DNA from: Mobula hypostoma
Taxonomy: Eukaryota
Direction of reading: 5' to 3'
DNA length: 64,000 nt
Assembly (NCBI RefSeq): GCF_963921235.1
Contig: NC_086109.1
Location: forward strand, 7,256,001-7,320,000
Shown: in pieces, positions 1 to 13,050 of the stretch
Layout of the letters: every line of letters begins with the position of its first letter
Position numbering within the stretch: position 1 is the stretch's first letter
Made by a program: the position numbers and the translations under genes
The notes under the pieces: model-generated
What the model was told of the DNA's origin: nothing
Seen by the model: only the letters and a program-made list of their open reading frames with translations
Databases searched by the model: none

Positions 1-195
1 ATTAGACATTTCAACCCTGGGAAACAGATACTCCCTGTCCACTCTATCGAAGTCTCTCATAATCTTATAAACCTCTGTCAAATCTCCCCTCACCTTTGAC
101 CCTTTGACACTCCAAAGAAAACAACTTAAGTTTATCCAGCCTCTCGTGATAGCACACTAAACCAGGCAGCATCCTGGTGAACCTCTTCTACACCC
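1..195 (-). mobile_element. CR1 LINE fragment (RT C-terminal region)
   Basis: Reverse complement matches the CR1 3' segment seen many times in this window (ggcagcatcctggtgaacctc, ctgtccactctatc). Confidence 0.7.
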
Positions 196-199
196 TGTT

Positions 200-535
200 T
201 TAGGGGGCCCTGATATGCAACACCACTCAGCCAGCCGAACTATCTCTCTTCCGTACACCTTCTCGTCAGCATCTGAGATTCAGCCAACAGTAGTTGTATC
301 ATTGGCGAATTTATAGATGCCATTTGACCTAGCCACCGAATCATGGGTGTAGAGAGAGTAGAGCAGTGGGCTAAGCATGCATCCTTGAGGTGTGCTAGTG
401 TTGATTGTCAGCGAGGAGGTGATGTTATTTCCAATCTGCACTAACTGTAGCCTCCCAATAAGGACGCCAAGGACCCAATTGCAGAAGAAGGTTACAAAGG
501 GCGAGGTTTTGAAGCTTGTTGATTAGTACTGAAGT
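200..535 (-). mobile_element. Rex1/Babar LINE RT fragment
   Basis: Minus strand reads like PQGCMLSPLLYSLYTHD...IYKFANDTT; parallels the copy at 20.7-21.5 kb. Confidence 0.65.
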
Positions 536-544
536 CCTCTGTAT

Positions 545-945
545 TAGAACACAGAACATAGACTATTACAGCACAGCACAGGTCCTTTGGCTCACAATGT
601 CTTGCCGACCTTTTAACCTACTCTAAGATTAATCTAACCCTTCCCTTCCCCATAACCCTCCATTTTCCTTTCATCCATGTGCCTATCTAAGATTCTCTTA
701 AATATCCCGAATGTATCTGCCCCTCCCATCACCCTGGTAGTGTGTTCCATGCACCCACCACTCTCTGTGTAAAAAGACATATTTCTGACATCCCCCTCTA
801 TACTTTCCTCCAATATCCTGGGGAAAAAGCTCTCTGGCTGTCCAGTCTATCTATGCCTCTTATCATCTTGTAGATCTCTACCACATTACCTCTCATCTTC
901 CTTCACTCCAGAGAGAAAAGCCCTCAGCTTGCTCAAGCTTTCCTC
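545..945 (-). mobile_element. CR1 LINE 3' end
   Basis: Begins with (agaac)-type tail repeats followed by the typical reverse CR1 3' UTR and ORF2 end. Confidence 0.7.
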
Positions 946-1797
946 ATCCCTAATTCCCTCCCTAAATCTCTCCTACCTCTGTCTCTTTCTCTCTCCTTTA
1001 AGACACTTCTAATCTTCCTTAATGACCACTGCTTTCCCAAACATCTCCTTCTGTGAAGGTCTGGTGAAGTCCTGGTGGATTTCCTTTCTACTTAGAAGGT
1101 CACTGCTCCTGTTATGTAAGAAGTGCGAGAGAGGATAGAGTCCCAGTTTCCTAGGGTTGAGGAAAAAGACAGGCTGCAGATGGAGTCAGTTAGCTTGTCC
1201 AAGATGGGATTGGGTGACGGAGGCAGTGATTGTAGGGTTAACCCAAAGTCTTGCTCAAATTAGGCCCATAGAAATACACAGATCAGAAACAGTCCACTTG
1301 GCCCATTAAGTACTTGCTGGCCAAGCCTACTTCCCAGTTCACAGTCCGTAACATGAAATGCTTGTTAGGGCGTATTCTGGAGTTCGAGTATGTAGCAACT
1401 GTTAATTTCACCAGCAACTCATCTTCAGACATGAATGTGGATTGTAGATTGAATTTAAAATGCAGCCGTGAATCATAGTTTTCCTGGAGCTTAGACTAGA
1501 TGTGATTGCAAACCAGACAAACATTTATTTTGAAATGTGTGCCGGAGGAGAGGGCTTTGGGGTTCTAATGTTTTTTTGTCATTCATTCTTTGGGGTTTTT
1601 CTTCTGTTTGGTGGATGTCTGTGAAGACTAAGAATTTCATGTTGTGTACGGTATACATTCTCTGATATTTAATGGAACCTCTGAACCATTTTGGGTGTCT
1701 GGAGGGCGTTTGCAAAGGAGGAGTGTATGTAATTCAAAGGAAGCATTGTAGATACAGGTACATTGTAACGTAGAATTGTCCTGCTGTTACCTTTGAT

Positions 1798-2360
1798 CTG
1801 GAGTATTGTGTACAGTTTTGGTCTCCAAATTTGAGGAAGGACATTCTAGCTATTGAGGGAGTGCAGCGTAGGTTCACAAAGTTAATTCCCAGGATGGCAG
1901 GACTGTCATATATTGAAAGATTGGAGCGACTGGGCTTGTATACACTGGAATTTAGAAGGATGAGAGGGGATCTGATTGAAACATAGAAGATTATTAAGGG
2001 ATTGGACACGCTAGAAGCAGGAATCATGTTCCCGATGTTGGGGGAGTCCAGAACCAGAGGCCACAGTTTAAGAATAAGGGGTAGACAATTTAGAATGGAG
2101 TTGAGGAAAAACTTTTTCACACAGAGGGTTGTGGTTCGTGTGGAATGCTCTGCCTCAGAAGGCAGTGGAGGCCAATTCTCAGGATTCTTTTAAGAAAGAG
2201 TTAGATAGAGCTCTTAAAGATAGCGAAGTGAAGGGATATGGGGAGAAGGCAGGAAAAGGGTACTGATTGTGGATGATCAGCCATGATCACAGTGAATGGT
2301 GGTGCTGGCTCGAAGGGCTGAATGGCCTACTCCTGCACCTATTGTCTTTTGTCTATTGTT
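1798..2360 (+). mobile_element. CR1 (HER1-like) LINE 3' end
   Basis: LEYCVQFWSP...RTRGHSLRIRG...NFFTQRVV motifs; 3' hairpin ggctcgaagggctgaatggcc and (ctattgt)-type tail. Confidence 0.85.
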
Positions 2361-2586
2361 TAGCATATAAGAATGTCATGTTACATTGGGTTGGAAGGCC
2401 TCGTCCTTCAAGAGTGACTCACTATGACGCTTGTGGCTTGTTTTTGTTGAATAAAATACTTATGTATCCACAAAGGTCAGTGTCTCTCTGGTGACTTTGT
2501 TCATGTCATAACATGCTCACTCAAGTACTTTACTAATGAGGAAGGGGATTCTGCTTCCTCCCCCTTTCAGGCAATACATTCAAGAC

Positions 2587-2667
2587 CAGGGGTTCCCAAA
2601 CTGGGGTTCATGGACCCTCTCGGTTAATGGTAGGGGTCCATGGCATAAAGAAGGTTGGGAACCCCTG
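2587..2667. mobile_element. hAT/Charlie-like MITE (~81 bp)
   Basis: TIRs caggggttcccaa / ttgggaacccctg; degenerate 8-bp TSD ttcaagac / ttctggac; second copy at 59522-59601. Confidence 0.75.
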
Positions 2668-3269
2668 TTCTGGACCCTCAGCACTTGAATGAAGTAGGTT
2701 TTTTCCCTCTTCCCTCCTCTATCCTTCTACCATTTAACTTCAACCTACATTCCCTGCTCATCAGCCTCCCTCCTGAGGGGATCATGTTCCCGCTGCCCAA
2801 GCCTCTCTTAATTTCTCAGTTCTCAATTAAAATCTCCTCTCAGTCACCTCCGTGCTAAAGAAAATAACAGCAGCCTGGAGAGAGGATCTTCAGCTGTGAG
2901 ATCCTCCCGGGCTCCCTTGTTGCTGCTGGGATGCCCAGGCTGCAGTGTGAGTGATCAGAATTCTCCGGCGCTCCAGCCGTGGCCTGACTTCTGCAATTGC
3001 AACCTAGCCTCCTGCTCTTCTCTGGCCGATAAAAGTGGGCACCCAATCTGCTTTCACAATCAAAACCAAAGTCGAGTTTATGATCATCTGCAAAAGTGGA
3101 TGTGCGCGCAGGTGCAGTGGAAAACTCGCTTGCAGCAGCGTCACAGGTAAGGAGGGTCAGATAAGCAGCGTTCACAAGTAAAACTTCAGTTAAGCACAAA
3201 TTATACATACAGGAAAGATTAAAGATTGGCATTGTTTATCACAGGTTTTAACATTAAAACATAAAGTGA

Positions 3270-3485
3270 AATGTGCCGTTTGTGTCAACGACCAACACGA
3301 TCCAAGGATGTGCTGGGGGCAGCCCGTAAGTGTCGCCACGCTTCTGGCGCCAACATAGCATGCCCACAACTTGCTAATTCTAACCCGTACATCTTTGGAT
3401 TGTGGGAGGAAACTGGAGCATCTAGAGGAAACCCACATGGTCGTGGGGAGAACGTACAAGCTCCCTACATGCAGTGGCAAGAAAC
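3270..3485 (-). mobile_element. HE1/V-SINE-like SINE fragment
   Basis: Core tctttggattgtgggaggaaactggagca...gaggaaacccacatggtc...gggagaacgtacaa shared with many copies in the window. Confidence 0.7.
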
Positions 3486-4094
3486 ACAATTAGTAAAAGA
3501 AAACAATCTATTTTACTACGAAGTGATCATAGTGTTGCTAAACTGTAGTGATTCGGCGCGCTGGGTGGTTCAAGGACTGAATGGTTGAGGGGAAGTAGTT
3601 GCTCTTGAACCTGGTGGTGTGGGACTTCAGCCTTTTGTACCTCCTGCCTGATGGTATCTGTGAGAAGATGGCATGGCCTGGACGGTGGGTATCTCTGATG
3701 ATGGATGCTGGCAGTGCCTCCTGTAGATACTACCAAAGCTGGGATGGGAGGTGCTCATGATCTATTGGACAGAAGCTTCTTACCTCCTTGTACTTTCCCG
3801 CTGTGTTGGAGAATTTGTGGTTACTGCTGCACAATCCAAGGAGTGCTTCAGTTCTGAAGACATAATGGAGAGTCTGTGTGGGTTTTGTTTGGAGTGGAGG
3901 GGGCCGAGAAGAGACCCAACAGAGGTGTACAAAGTTATGAGGGGCATAGATAGAGTGACTGCTGAGGATCACTCCAATGTCATTATGATCTTGCACTTTC
4001 TCTGTCGCTGTAACACTTCATTGCCTGTCTGCACTGCTCTTTCTCTGTAGCTGCAATACTTGATTCTGCATTCTGATTTATATTTATTTTATTT

Positions 4095-4330
4095 CATTTT
4101 TTATTTAGAGATACAGCATGGTGATGGTCCCTTACAGATCAACGATCCCTCACTGCCTAATTACACCCATGCGACCAATTAATCTAGTCACCCCTATGTC
4201 TTTGGACTGCGGAAGGAAACCGGAGCACCTGGAGGAAACCCACACAGTCACGGGGGGAACGTACAAACTCCTGACTGAGAGCAGTGGGAATTGAATCTGT
4301 GTTGGTGGCACAGTCATAGCTCTATACTGA
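4095..4330 (-). mobile_element. HE1/V-SINE-like tRNA-derived SINE
   Basis: Core motif plus reverse B-box (gggaattgaatc); serves as the uninterrupted reference for the SINE split by the Gypsy element. Confidence 0.75.
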
Positions 4331-4402
4331 AGGCGAGGAGGTTTTCAGTTCACTTTACCAGACTTTTGCTCGCTACTGCCAGAGAAAGGTGTCTGTGTGT
4401 GA

Positions 4403-4441
<39 letters not shown>

Positions 4442-5749
4442 CCTCCCAGAGGAAGGTCCATGAATTTGGAAAGCCTCTCTCTCTTTCGATGCTGTTGGAG
4501 GATTTGGGTCATGAATAAGGTTCAATTGACGCAGTTTGTGGATTGCAGTAGTTCACGTTATCACGTGTTTCTGGTTTCTGATCGCTCCTTTTCTTGTTGC
4601 TATTTTGGGTGATTTTGTATCGTGGTGGCCTGCAGATAACGAACACTGAGCTGAACTGAATATGCATGGACTCTTTCGATTTTGTGTTTTATATTCTGTG
4701 TTTCTCGCTCATTTTTTTTTGTTGCCATTTGTATGATTTGTTTGTGTTTTGCACTGGGAATTGATGCTTTTCTTTGAATGAGTTGCATGTTTTTCTTTGT
4801 TTTGTGGCTGTCTGTGTGGAAGATGACTCTCAGGGTTGTATATGGCAAACGCACTTCGATAATAAATGTACTTTGAACCTTTTGTTTTACCTCAGTGCAC
4901 AGAGTAACGATTTGATCTACATGAACAATTTGCAAGGGAAGCTTTTCATGTGACACTAATAAACAGGTTCCAGTTGTGCTCATATGTCTGTCCTGCTGCA
5001 CAATGTGATGTACAAGTGTGCACCATTTGAAAATTGAACCATCTGGGACAACCTGCCAGTTCTTGCTCCAATCCTTCCCCCACCTTTCGTTATCAGCAAT
5101 CTCTCTTTTTCCTTTCCTGTCCCACAAAGATCCTAACCAGAAATGCTGACTATCCAGTTCTCACCACAGATGCTGCCTGATCCGCCGAGAACACCCAACG
5201 TCTTATCTGTTTATCTAAGAGACTATTCCAGCTCCCCCTGAGCAGATCTGACCTTTCCTCCATCTGCTCGAGTAGGACAGAGGCAGCTACAGGGCACCTT
5301 CAGTTCCTGCTTCCTTCCACAAGCTAACCTCCAACCAATATCAGAGTTCATGTCACACCCCACGGATCTGAGTGTGGGTGGTGAAGATTCAGCAACTAGT
5401 CCCAGCAGTGGTAACGGGTCATCGAAGTACACATTGAGCCAGAGGGCCACTAGTGCAGTTCTTCATCCAGAAAGAATATTTCACGATTCTGGAATGGGCT
5501 GTGATTACTGTTGGGGGAAAGCTTGTGGGAGTAGTTCGCATTGAGAGTTCTGCAATTAAATCTTCTGTGTCAGATGAAACATGAATTTAATTCACAGGGG
5601 CAGAGGCTTGCATTGGCTGCCTCGAGCACTAAGAAGTGGTGCGAGGAAGTTTTCATCGAGGAAATATCAGTCAGCACTCAATCAAGCTCAACTCTTCATT
5701 CAACGCCCCTCTGAACTCTGTTCCATTGCCATTCATTTATTGATTGATT

Positions 5750-6000
5750 GATTGAGATACAGCACAGAAAAAGCCCTTCTGACTCTTTGAGCTGCACTGC
5801 CCAGCAACTCACCGATTTAACCTTCGCTTAATCACGGGACAATTTACAATGGCCAATTAACCTACCGACCGGTACGTCTTTCGACTGTGGGAGGAAACCG
5901 GAGCACCCAGAGGAAACCCATGTGGTCACGGGGAGAACGTACAAACTCCTTACAGGCAGTGATGGGAATTGAACCTGGGTTGTCTGTACTGTGAAGCGCC
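5750..6000 (-). mobile_element. HE1/V-SINE-like tRNA-derived SINE
   Basis: (gatt)n tail, core gggaggaaaccggagcacccagaggaaaccca, reverse B-box gggaattgaacc. Confidence 0.75.
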
Positions 6001-6439
6001 CCTATGTGTGCTAAAGCATCTTAACCCTAATGACCTCAAGTATGTGATCATGGTGTGCGGCTGCGCAGTAACTGAAATGCTCCCAAGCACATAGCCTTTG
6101 TAGCCTCACAGCTGAAATTTTCTTTTATGTTATGTTAATATTAAAGATTGTAGAGCCACAAAGTTTTCAGGCCATGTAAAAATTTCCTGCTCAGAGTAAT
6201 GTTCCGCTGTGCAGCTGTATAAAAGTTAGAAAGGATGTTCTTCAACATTAACTTATACTCTCTGACTTAATTCACTTCAACATGTGGTCAATGATAAGCG
6301 GCTAAGTATGAATTTGTTTTTATTAAAATTCTCTTGGCAACCACTTGTAAACTGAATGTTTCAAGAGTCTGCCAAGAAGAGATGGAAAGACAACTTCAAG
6401 ATTTAATACCTCATGCTTTGGAATAAGAACAATTGAATG

Positions 6440-7110
6440 TAGATTGTAGAACAGTACAGACCAGTCCCTTCAGCCCACGATTTTGTGCCAATGTTTTAAT
6501 CTACTCCAAGATCAATCTAACTATTCGCTTCCACATAACCCTCCATTTTTCTGCTACGTACATTCCCATCAAAGAGTCTCTTAAATGTCTCTAACATATC
6601 TGCCTCTACTGCCACTCTGATACTCACCAGTCGCTGTGTAAAAAATCTTCCAGTGACGTTCCCCCTATATTTTCCTCCAATCACCTTAAAATTATGCCTC
6701 CGCATATTAGCCATTTCCATCCTGGTGTGACATGCTGTCTGTTCTAATTAGGCTATGTTTTTCTAAATGCTCATTAACCCTAATCCCAAGAACAACTAAA
6801 ACACATGTCTCTGACATCCCCCCAGTACTTTGCTCCAATCACCTTAAAGTTTATGCCCTCTCATATTAGCCATTTCCATTCCGGGAAAAAGTCTCGTGGC
6901 TATTCACTTGATCTATGCCTCCTCATCTTGTGCACCTCTATCAAGTTACCTCTCATTCTTCTTCACTCCAAAGAGCAAAGCCCAAGCTCACTCAACCTAT
7001 TCTCATAAGGCATACTCTCCAATCCCAGGCTGCGTCCTGGTAAATCTTCTGTGCACCATCTCTAAACTTTCCACATGCTTCCTATAATGAGGGTACCACA
7101 GCAGAACACA
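6440..7110 (-). mobile_element. Two adjacent CR1 3' fragments
   Basis: Minus ORF with RRHNFKVIGGKYRGNVTGRFFTQR; a second overlapping-type segment from about 6806. Confidence 0.7.
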
Positions 7111-7201
7111 ATAATTATTTATTTAGCGAATCATCACGGTAAAAGGTATCTCTGACTCAATGAGCCTGCACCACCCAATTACATGCATGTGAACAATTAA
7201 C

Positions 7202-7439
7202 TCTCGTGCATTTGATATTTCAGTAATATTTGAGTAATATTGTAAATATATTGTGTGATTAAGTATTCCTTGTTTAGATAATTCATTACTGTTTAGATAT
7301 AAAAGTACGTGGATGGCACTCGTCATTATGCCACCCCATCATACGTGCACGCCTCACTAAAAGTAAAGTTGAAATGTACATGTTCTCTTTGGCTCTTGTA
7401 TTTTTCTTTCAATTAGTTTTAGAGTCACAAAACATAACA
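7202..7439 (+). repeat. 5' LTR of Gypsy element
   Basis: Aligns by eye with 13463-13683 (tcagtaatatttgagt...ttgtaaatatattg...ttgtttagataattcattac...aaaagtacgtg); ends aacataaca. Confidence 0.9.
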
Positions 7440-7440
7440 A

Positions 7441-7450
7441 TGGCGACAAG
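7441..7450 (+). promoter_or_regulatory. Primer-binding site (tggcgacaag)
   Basis: TGG-starting motif 1 nt after the 5' LTR end. Confidence 0.7.
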
Positions 7451-7670
7451 TAAGTTTTGGAATGAACCTGAGACGACTGCTTACCTGTTGAAGTGCAGCA
7501 AGATGTTCAGCTTTCAGCATGTTTTTTTTTTCTCCAGAAGGAGAGAAAGAGATGTTCAAGTTAAAATGAAAGCAGAACAGGTTTTTTTCTTCAGAGGGTG
7601 AGAGAAAGATGGTGAAGTAAAAAGAAAGGCAGAAAACAGATGAAATTCATGTGTTCATAAACAGTGAGTA

Positions 7671-7985
7671 AAAGTAAAGGCATCTGTTAGTCTTGTGAGA
7701 CCATGGATCTGCGCTTGGAAAGTCTTCACTCTCCAGGGCGCAGGCATGGGCAAGGTTGTATGGAAGACCGGCAGTTGCCCATGCTGCAAGTCTCCCCTCT
7801 CCATGACACCGATGTTGTCCAAGGGAAGGGCATTAGGACCCATACAGCTTGGCACCAGTGTCGTCATAGAGCAATGTGTGATTAAGTGCCTTGCTCAAGG
7901 ACACAACATGTTGCCTTGGCTGGGGCTCGAACTCATGACTTTCAGGTCACTAGTCCAATGCCTTAACCACTTGGCCACATGCCCA
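7671..7985 (-). mobile_element. tRNA-derived CORE-like SINE inserted in the Gypsy 5' region
   Basis: Perfect 15-bp TSD cataaacagtgagta (7656-7670, 7986-8000); minus strand has A box tggccaagtgg, B box gagttcgagcc and CORE-like tgtgtccttgagcaaggcactt. Confidence 0.85.
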
Positions 7986-8036
7986 CATAAACAGTGAGTA
8001 CTAGGTGATAATAATAGTAAATATAAAAATGTAGAA

Positions 8037-8843
8037 ATGGCTGGCTACACCAGAAAGATAGATGCAATTGATTGCACAAAAGATAACTGGCTGATATATA
8101 CTGAGTGAATTGGACAGTATTTTAAAACAAATGGAATAGCCGATGAGAAGAAAGTGACAGATTTGCCTAGTGCAATTGGTGGAAGAGCCAACAGTTTGCT
8201 TAGAAGTTTGACTACTTCAACGAGCTGAAATGAGCTTTGTTGATATCATAAATGTTATACAGGAATATTTAGAACTGAAACCATTGTTAATTGCAGAACA
8301 CCTTAGGTTTCATAAGTGGAATCAAAAGGCAGGGGAGTCCATTTCTGCTTATGTGACTGAACTGAAGAAATAGTCTGAGCATTGTCGGTTCGGTGATGTG
8401 CTAATAATGCACTGAGAGATTGTTTCATTTGTAGAATTTTACAAGAAAGGATTCAAAAATGACTCCTAACTGAATGATAATTCACATTTAAAAGACCAAT
8501 AGAAATCACCATACCAATGGAAAAAGCAGTCAGCAACACAATTGAGTCAGGAATGAAAGTGAGTGTGATCAAAATTGCAAGGTGTAAACAAAAACTGACC
8601 TGGCCAAGCAGATTATGTGACCATTGTGGTAGAGGCTCACATAAACCAGACCAATGCAGGTTTGAAGGCAAAACTTGCAGAGAATGCAACCAAGTGAGAC
8701 ACATACAAAGAATATGTCGGGCAGTCAAAATAAATGGAGTCCACAGGGAAGAGATAAAGATAAAAAGTCAAGTTGCAGTTTTAAAAAGAGTACTAATCTG
8801 TAAGCTGTTGATGAAAAATCCATTAATAACCAGAGTGACATAA
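8037..8843 (+). pseudogene. Gypsy gag remnant
   Basis: Frameshifted and stop-ridden; ORF 8517-8843 contains CDHCGRGSHKPDQC and CRECNQVRHIQRIC zinc knuckles. Confidence 0.85.
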
Positions 8844-8854
8844 AACTGAGATTT

Positions 8855-10390
8855 CTGTGGTTGAGTAGAACCTATGGTTAATGCCAGTGCTCCAAGTAGC
8901 AAGAAGGTGGGCCTGTCAATATCAGTGGTGATTTTATGGGCAACTTAGTACTGAAAGTAGGTCAGTACCCTGTGCCCAAGATAGAGGATATATTTAGAAA
9001 CTTTTCCGGAGGGAAAATTCAGTGAAGTGGACTTAGCTGAGATCTACCTATAGATGGAGATGGAAAAAGAGTCTGAAGTGTTTCTCACCATAAACACTCA
9101 CAAATAGGCTTATTTTTGGAGTAGCATCTGCACCTGTACTCTGGCAGAAACCTCTGGACCAGATGCTGCTAGGCTGCCCAGACACTCAATGGATGGAAAT
9201 CATTGTTACTGGTAAGGATAACAAGAAGCAGCTCCAAAATCTCCAGACAGTGCGAAAAGAAATTAGGAGATTATGGGCTCAGAGCATAACGCAACAAGTG
9301 TGAATTCTTTACAACAAGCACCACTTACTGTGGTCACACCATTGATGCACAAGTGTTTCACAAGTGTGCTGAGAAAACTCAAGCAGTGGTGGATACCCCA
9401 AGGCCAAAGGGCATGTCAGAGTTGCGGACTTTTTTAGAATCTGTCAATTGCTATCATTGTGGAATGTATAATTGTAGGTGTGGAAAGAATGTTTCCCATG
9501 ATGGGAAAGTCTAGGACAAGAGGGCACAGCCTCAGGATAGAGGGGCGCCCTTTCAAAACAGAAATGCGGAGAAATTTCTTTATCCAAGGTTTGATGAATT
9601 TGTGGAATTTGTTGCCACAGGCAGCAGTGGAGGCCAGATCGTTGAGTGTATTTAAGGCAGAGATCGATAGGTTCTTGATTGGACATGGCATCAAAGGTTA
9701 CGGGGAGAAGGTCGGGAACTGGGGTTGAGGTGAGAGAAAAAAAGGATCAACCATGATTGAATGGTGGAGCAGACTCGATGGGCCAGATGGCCTAATTCTG
9801 CTCCTATGTCTTATGGTCTTTTAACAGGTTCCTGCCAAACCTGGCTACAGTGCTCTACCCTTTGACCTCATTACTACAGATCAGGAAGAAATGGCAATGG
9901 ACAAAGCAATGTGAAGTGGCTTTCCAAAGGTCAAAGGAAATAGTGATGTCAGACACTGTACTCACACATAATGATCCATATTGTCCATTGAAGCTTGCCT
10001 GTGATGCCTCACCTTATGGTAGAGGTGCTGTCATGTCACATGGTCTGAGTGATGGGAGTGAACACCCTATAGCTTTTGTATCACGTTCCCCTATTGAGGC
10101 AGAAAAAATTACACACAAATTGACAGAGAAGCCTTGACTCTAATCTATGGTGTAAAACATTTTACCCAGTACTTTTATCATCAACCGCTAGTGTCCATTT
10201 TCAATCCGCGGAAGGGTGTTCCACTAACAGCAGCAACGTGGGTGCCGAGATGGGTTCTGTTCCTTGGAGGACACAATTACAAGATTGAAATCTAGAGGAC
10301 AACTGATCATGGAGATGCTGAGAGATGGTCCCATTTATCCTTGGAAAAGGAACTACTTGAAACATTTACAAAAGAGGACACTCCTCCTGA
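8855..10390 (+). pseudogene. Gypsy pol remnant: RT and RNase H (protease apparently deleted)
   Basis: QYPVPKIEDIF, FGVASAP-like, LRTFL...NRFLPNLATVLYPL and LKLACDASPYGRGAVMSH motifs; interrupted by a CR1. Confidence 0.85.
9460..9820 (+). mobile_element. CR1 3' end inserted into Gypsy pol
   Basis: SRTRGHSLRIEGRPFKTEMRRNFF...; tail ctatgtcttatggtctt; Gypsy reading resumes at aacaggttcctgcca. Confidence 0.85.
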
Positions 10391-10394
10391 TGCA

Positions 10395-11212
10395 AACCTA
10401 AAGATCAATGTTCCATAGTTCCACTTAATATCAGAGAATGCATGTAATATACAACCTTCGCAGCATCCATGAAAACAGGAGAGCACCCCAAAGAATGAAT
10501 GACAGTAAAAATGTTAGAACCCCAAAGCCCCCTTCTCCCAGCAGCAAAACATCTACCCTTTCCTCTCTCCCACTTATTTCACCAAAAAAGCATCAGCACC
10601 CACTCCCCCACCAAGCAAGCAATAGCAAAGACACCAAGAGAGGCCATGATCTGCAGTCCAGAAAAACTAAACGTTCATTTGACCAATTCGTTGTGCTGCA
10701 AACCAACAAAAACAAACAACCCACTGATTTATGGTGCTACTGTCTACCAGGTCACTTTTTCCAAGTTTTCTGATTCGAGAATTGGCAGCAAACTCTCCTC
10801 CATCAACGAGAGAGAGAGAGAGAGAGAGAGAGAAAGCAGTTTGCTGAGTACAGAGATCTCTGACAGCTCATCTGCTGTACCTAATATTCCGTTTTCTTCC
10901 ATGATGCTTCATTCGGCAGCATGGGCATACAATCGGCCCGTCCACAGGTCGTGAAGCCTCAGAATCCCAAAGGAATGCTCATCTTCCAGGCTGTGCCCTT
11001 GGGATATCAAAAAATGGCCGAGTCGCTGAGCCCTGCGAGCGGGTCCCATTGCTGTAAAGAACCGCAGTTTGAGTGCAACTACAGGTTAAAGACACTGACA
11101 GAACCCCATCCACCTTGAAAAGGAAAAAAAGGAGACACTAAATGTAGAAATTAAGCTGCTTCCACAGATGAACTCGAAGAAGCTGCTCTCTAGCGCCATC
11201 GTAACTTCGCAC
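10395..11212 (-). mobile_element. Non-autonomous Rex1-tail element (GATGGCG-headed) inserted in Gypsy pol
   Basis: Minus strand starts gaagttacgatggcgct and ends with the tail shared by 16025-16858 and 23088-23972; non-coding. Confidence 0.65.
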
Positions 11213-11339
11213 TGTTATGGGGCAGTTGATCCAAAGGGAAATGAGAGAAGACCCCACACTGTCTCTGGTTTACATGGCCACCCAAAATGGCTGGAATGTG
11301 CAGCAGAACTCCCAGTTCCCCATTTTTTACCAGCACTTT

Positions 11340-13050
11340 TCCTTAAATGGGTTTGCGTTATGTGGGGATTGAGAGTTGTTGTATCATCCAAGCTGACAGC
11401 TAAAGTTTTGGAGGGGCTACATGTTGGTCATCTAGACACAGTCAAAATGAAAGTGTTGGCTTGAGGCTTTGTCTGGTGGCCTGGGATAGGTCGACAGATC
11501 GAGCAGCTTGCCGTGCACTGTTGGGATGCCAACATGTCCAGAAGATGCCAAGAGCAATGCCTCTCCATCCCTGGTAATTGTCTGCCCAGCCCTGGCAGAG
11601 GATTCATGTGGATTGTGCCGGACCATTTATGGACACAGATTTCTTGGTAGTAGTGGATGCAGCTATAAAGTGGTCAGAAGTGACCCCAATAGACTCCACT
11701 ACAGCCTCTCACACTGTTGATGTATTGAGAAGAATCTTTATAAGGACTGGTGTTGTAGAACCCTTAAGGCTGATTTATACTTGTGCATACTAGCTTACGC
11801 CGTAGCCTACGCAAGTGGGCTACGCCATTGTGAGCATTTATACTTGTGCGTTGGTGTGTCTGCGTCACTCTGCAATTCACTGCCAAAATGCTAGTTGGCA
11901 GTGGGGTTTCTATGCCACTGTGTTGAGTTTCTTTGTGTTGAAACTCAAGACGAGGAAACTCAAACTTCAAACAATGGCGACTGAAACTGAAGGAGGGTGA
12001 ATTTTCTGTGCTTGTCCGGCCACTGAGAGACATGGACGAGGAAATGCATATCAAATATTTTCGGATGTCGGCAGGTAGATTTGACGATTTGGTTCATCGT
12101 CTCCAACCATTTATTTCGCATCAGTGTATACACAGTATACTCAGAGACCGGCAATCACCATTCGAGTTTTAGCTTCAAGTGGAAGTCAACAGGCTGTAGC
12201 AGCTAGCTACAAACTGGCATCAAGCACAGGGTCCTCCATAATTTCGGAGGTCTGTAAAGCTTTATGGAAAGTTCCTTCCCTGCCCTTCAGTTGCCCAGTG
12301 GGAAGCTATTGCAGTGTAGGAGGAAATGCGATGCTACCAAGCGGACCAATCACAGTTGTTTCGGCCTGCGTAGCCGCGATGCGTAGTTACATTTTGGGAG
12401 AGGTGCACGTTAGGCTGCGGCATAGGGTTCAGCGTAGATACAGTGTAGGATTCGCAGCTACGCTGTACCTACGGCGTGCATTTGACGCGCAAGTATAAAT
12501 CAGGCTTTAGTCAGTGAAAATGGACCACGGTTTGTTGTGGAACAGTTTTGGTCATTCTTGAAAATGAATGGAATAAGACATATTACATCTACACTATACC
12601 ACCTAGCTACAAATGACTTGGCAGAAAGGTTTGTCTGAGGTCTCAGGAACACACTGTAAGCATGTCAGCAGAACACACTACACTGACACTGAACCTGAAG
12701 CTCGCCAACTTCCTCCTTGCATATCAAAATGCAGCGCCCTCCACAACCAACAACTCACCAGTGATGCTGTTCCTAGGCCGTCTTTCGCACTCACACTTGG
12801 ATCTCCTCAAACCCAGAGTCAGAAGGAGTATGCAGGACAAAACAGGCAAGACAAATTGAGGGCTCCTCAAACAAGGAGGTTTGATGTTTCACTACCAGAC
12901 AAGCAGTCCTGGCGAGGGACTACAGAGGTGAACAAAAGTGGGTGCTTGGAAAGATTAAGGACAGAACTTGACCACTGTCCTACACAGTGGAGATTGCGTC
13001 TGTTGCCATCTGGATATAATGCATTGATCAGCTGAGCAGAGCAGAGACAA
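11340..13050 (+). pseudogene. Gypsy integrase remnant (split by Harbinger element)
   Basis: LHVGHLDTVKMK (zinc-binding region), PWQRIHVDCAGPF...LVVVDA..KWSEV, GVVEPL|VSENGPRF, LANFLLAYQNA. Confidence 0.88.
11767..12506 (+). mobile_element. PIF/Harbinger DNA transposon, internally deleted
   Basis: About 20-bp TIRs (aggctgatttatacttgtgc / gcgcaagtataaatcaggct), TTA TSD at 11764-11766 and 12507-12509, transposase remnants [17 protein letters not shown] and [37 protein letters not shown]. Confidence 0.88.

Noticed and set aside
1347..2513. Possible solo LTR interrupted by CR1 (aataaa, ends ...cataaca)
   Set aside because: No clear TG start, TSD or second copy in the window; cannot be supported.
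7895..7985. tRNA gene
   Set aside because: The A/B boxes are the head of a SINE with body, tail and TSD; no full cloverleaf is evident.
12124..12498. Domesticated HARBI1-like host gene
   Set aside because: Fragmentary and frameshifted, and lies between TIRs with a TTA TSD inside a dead retrotransposon.
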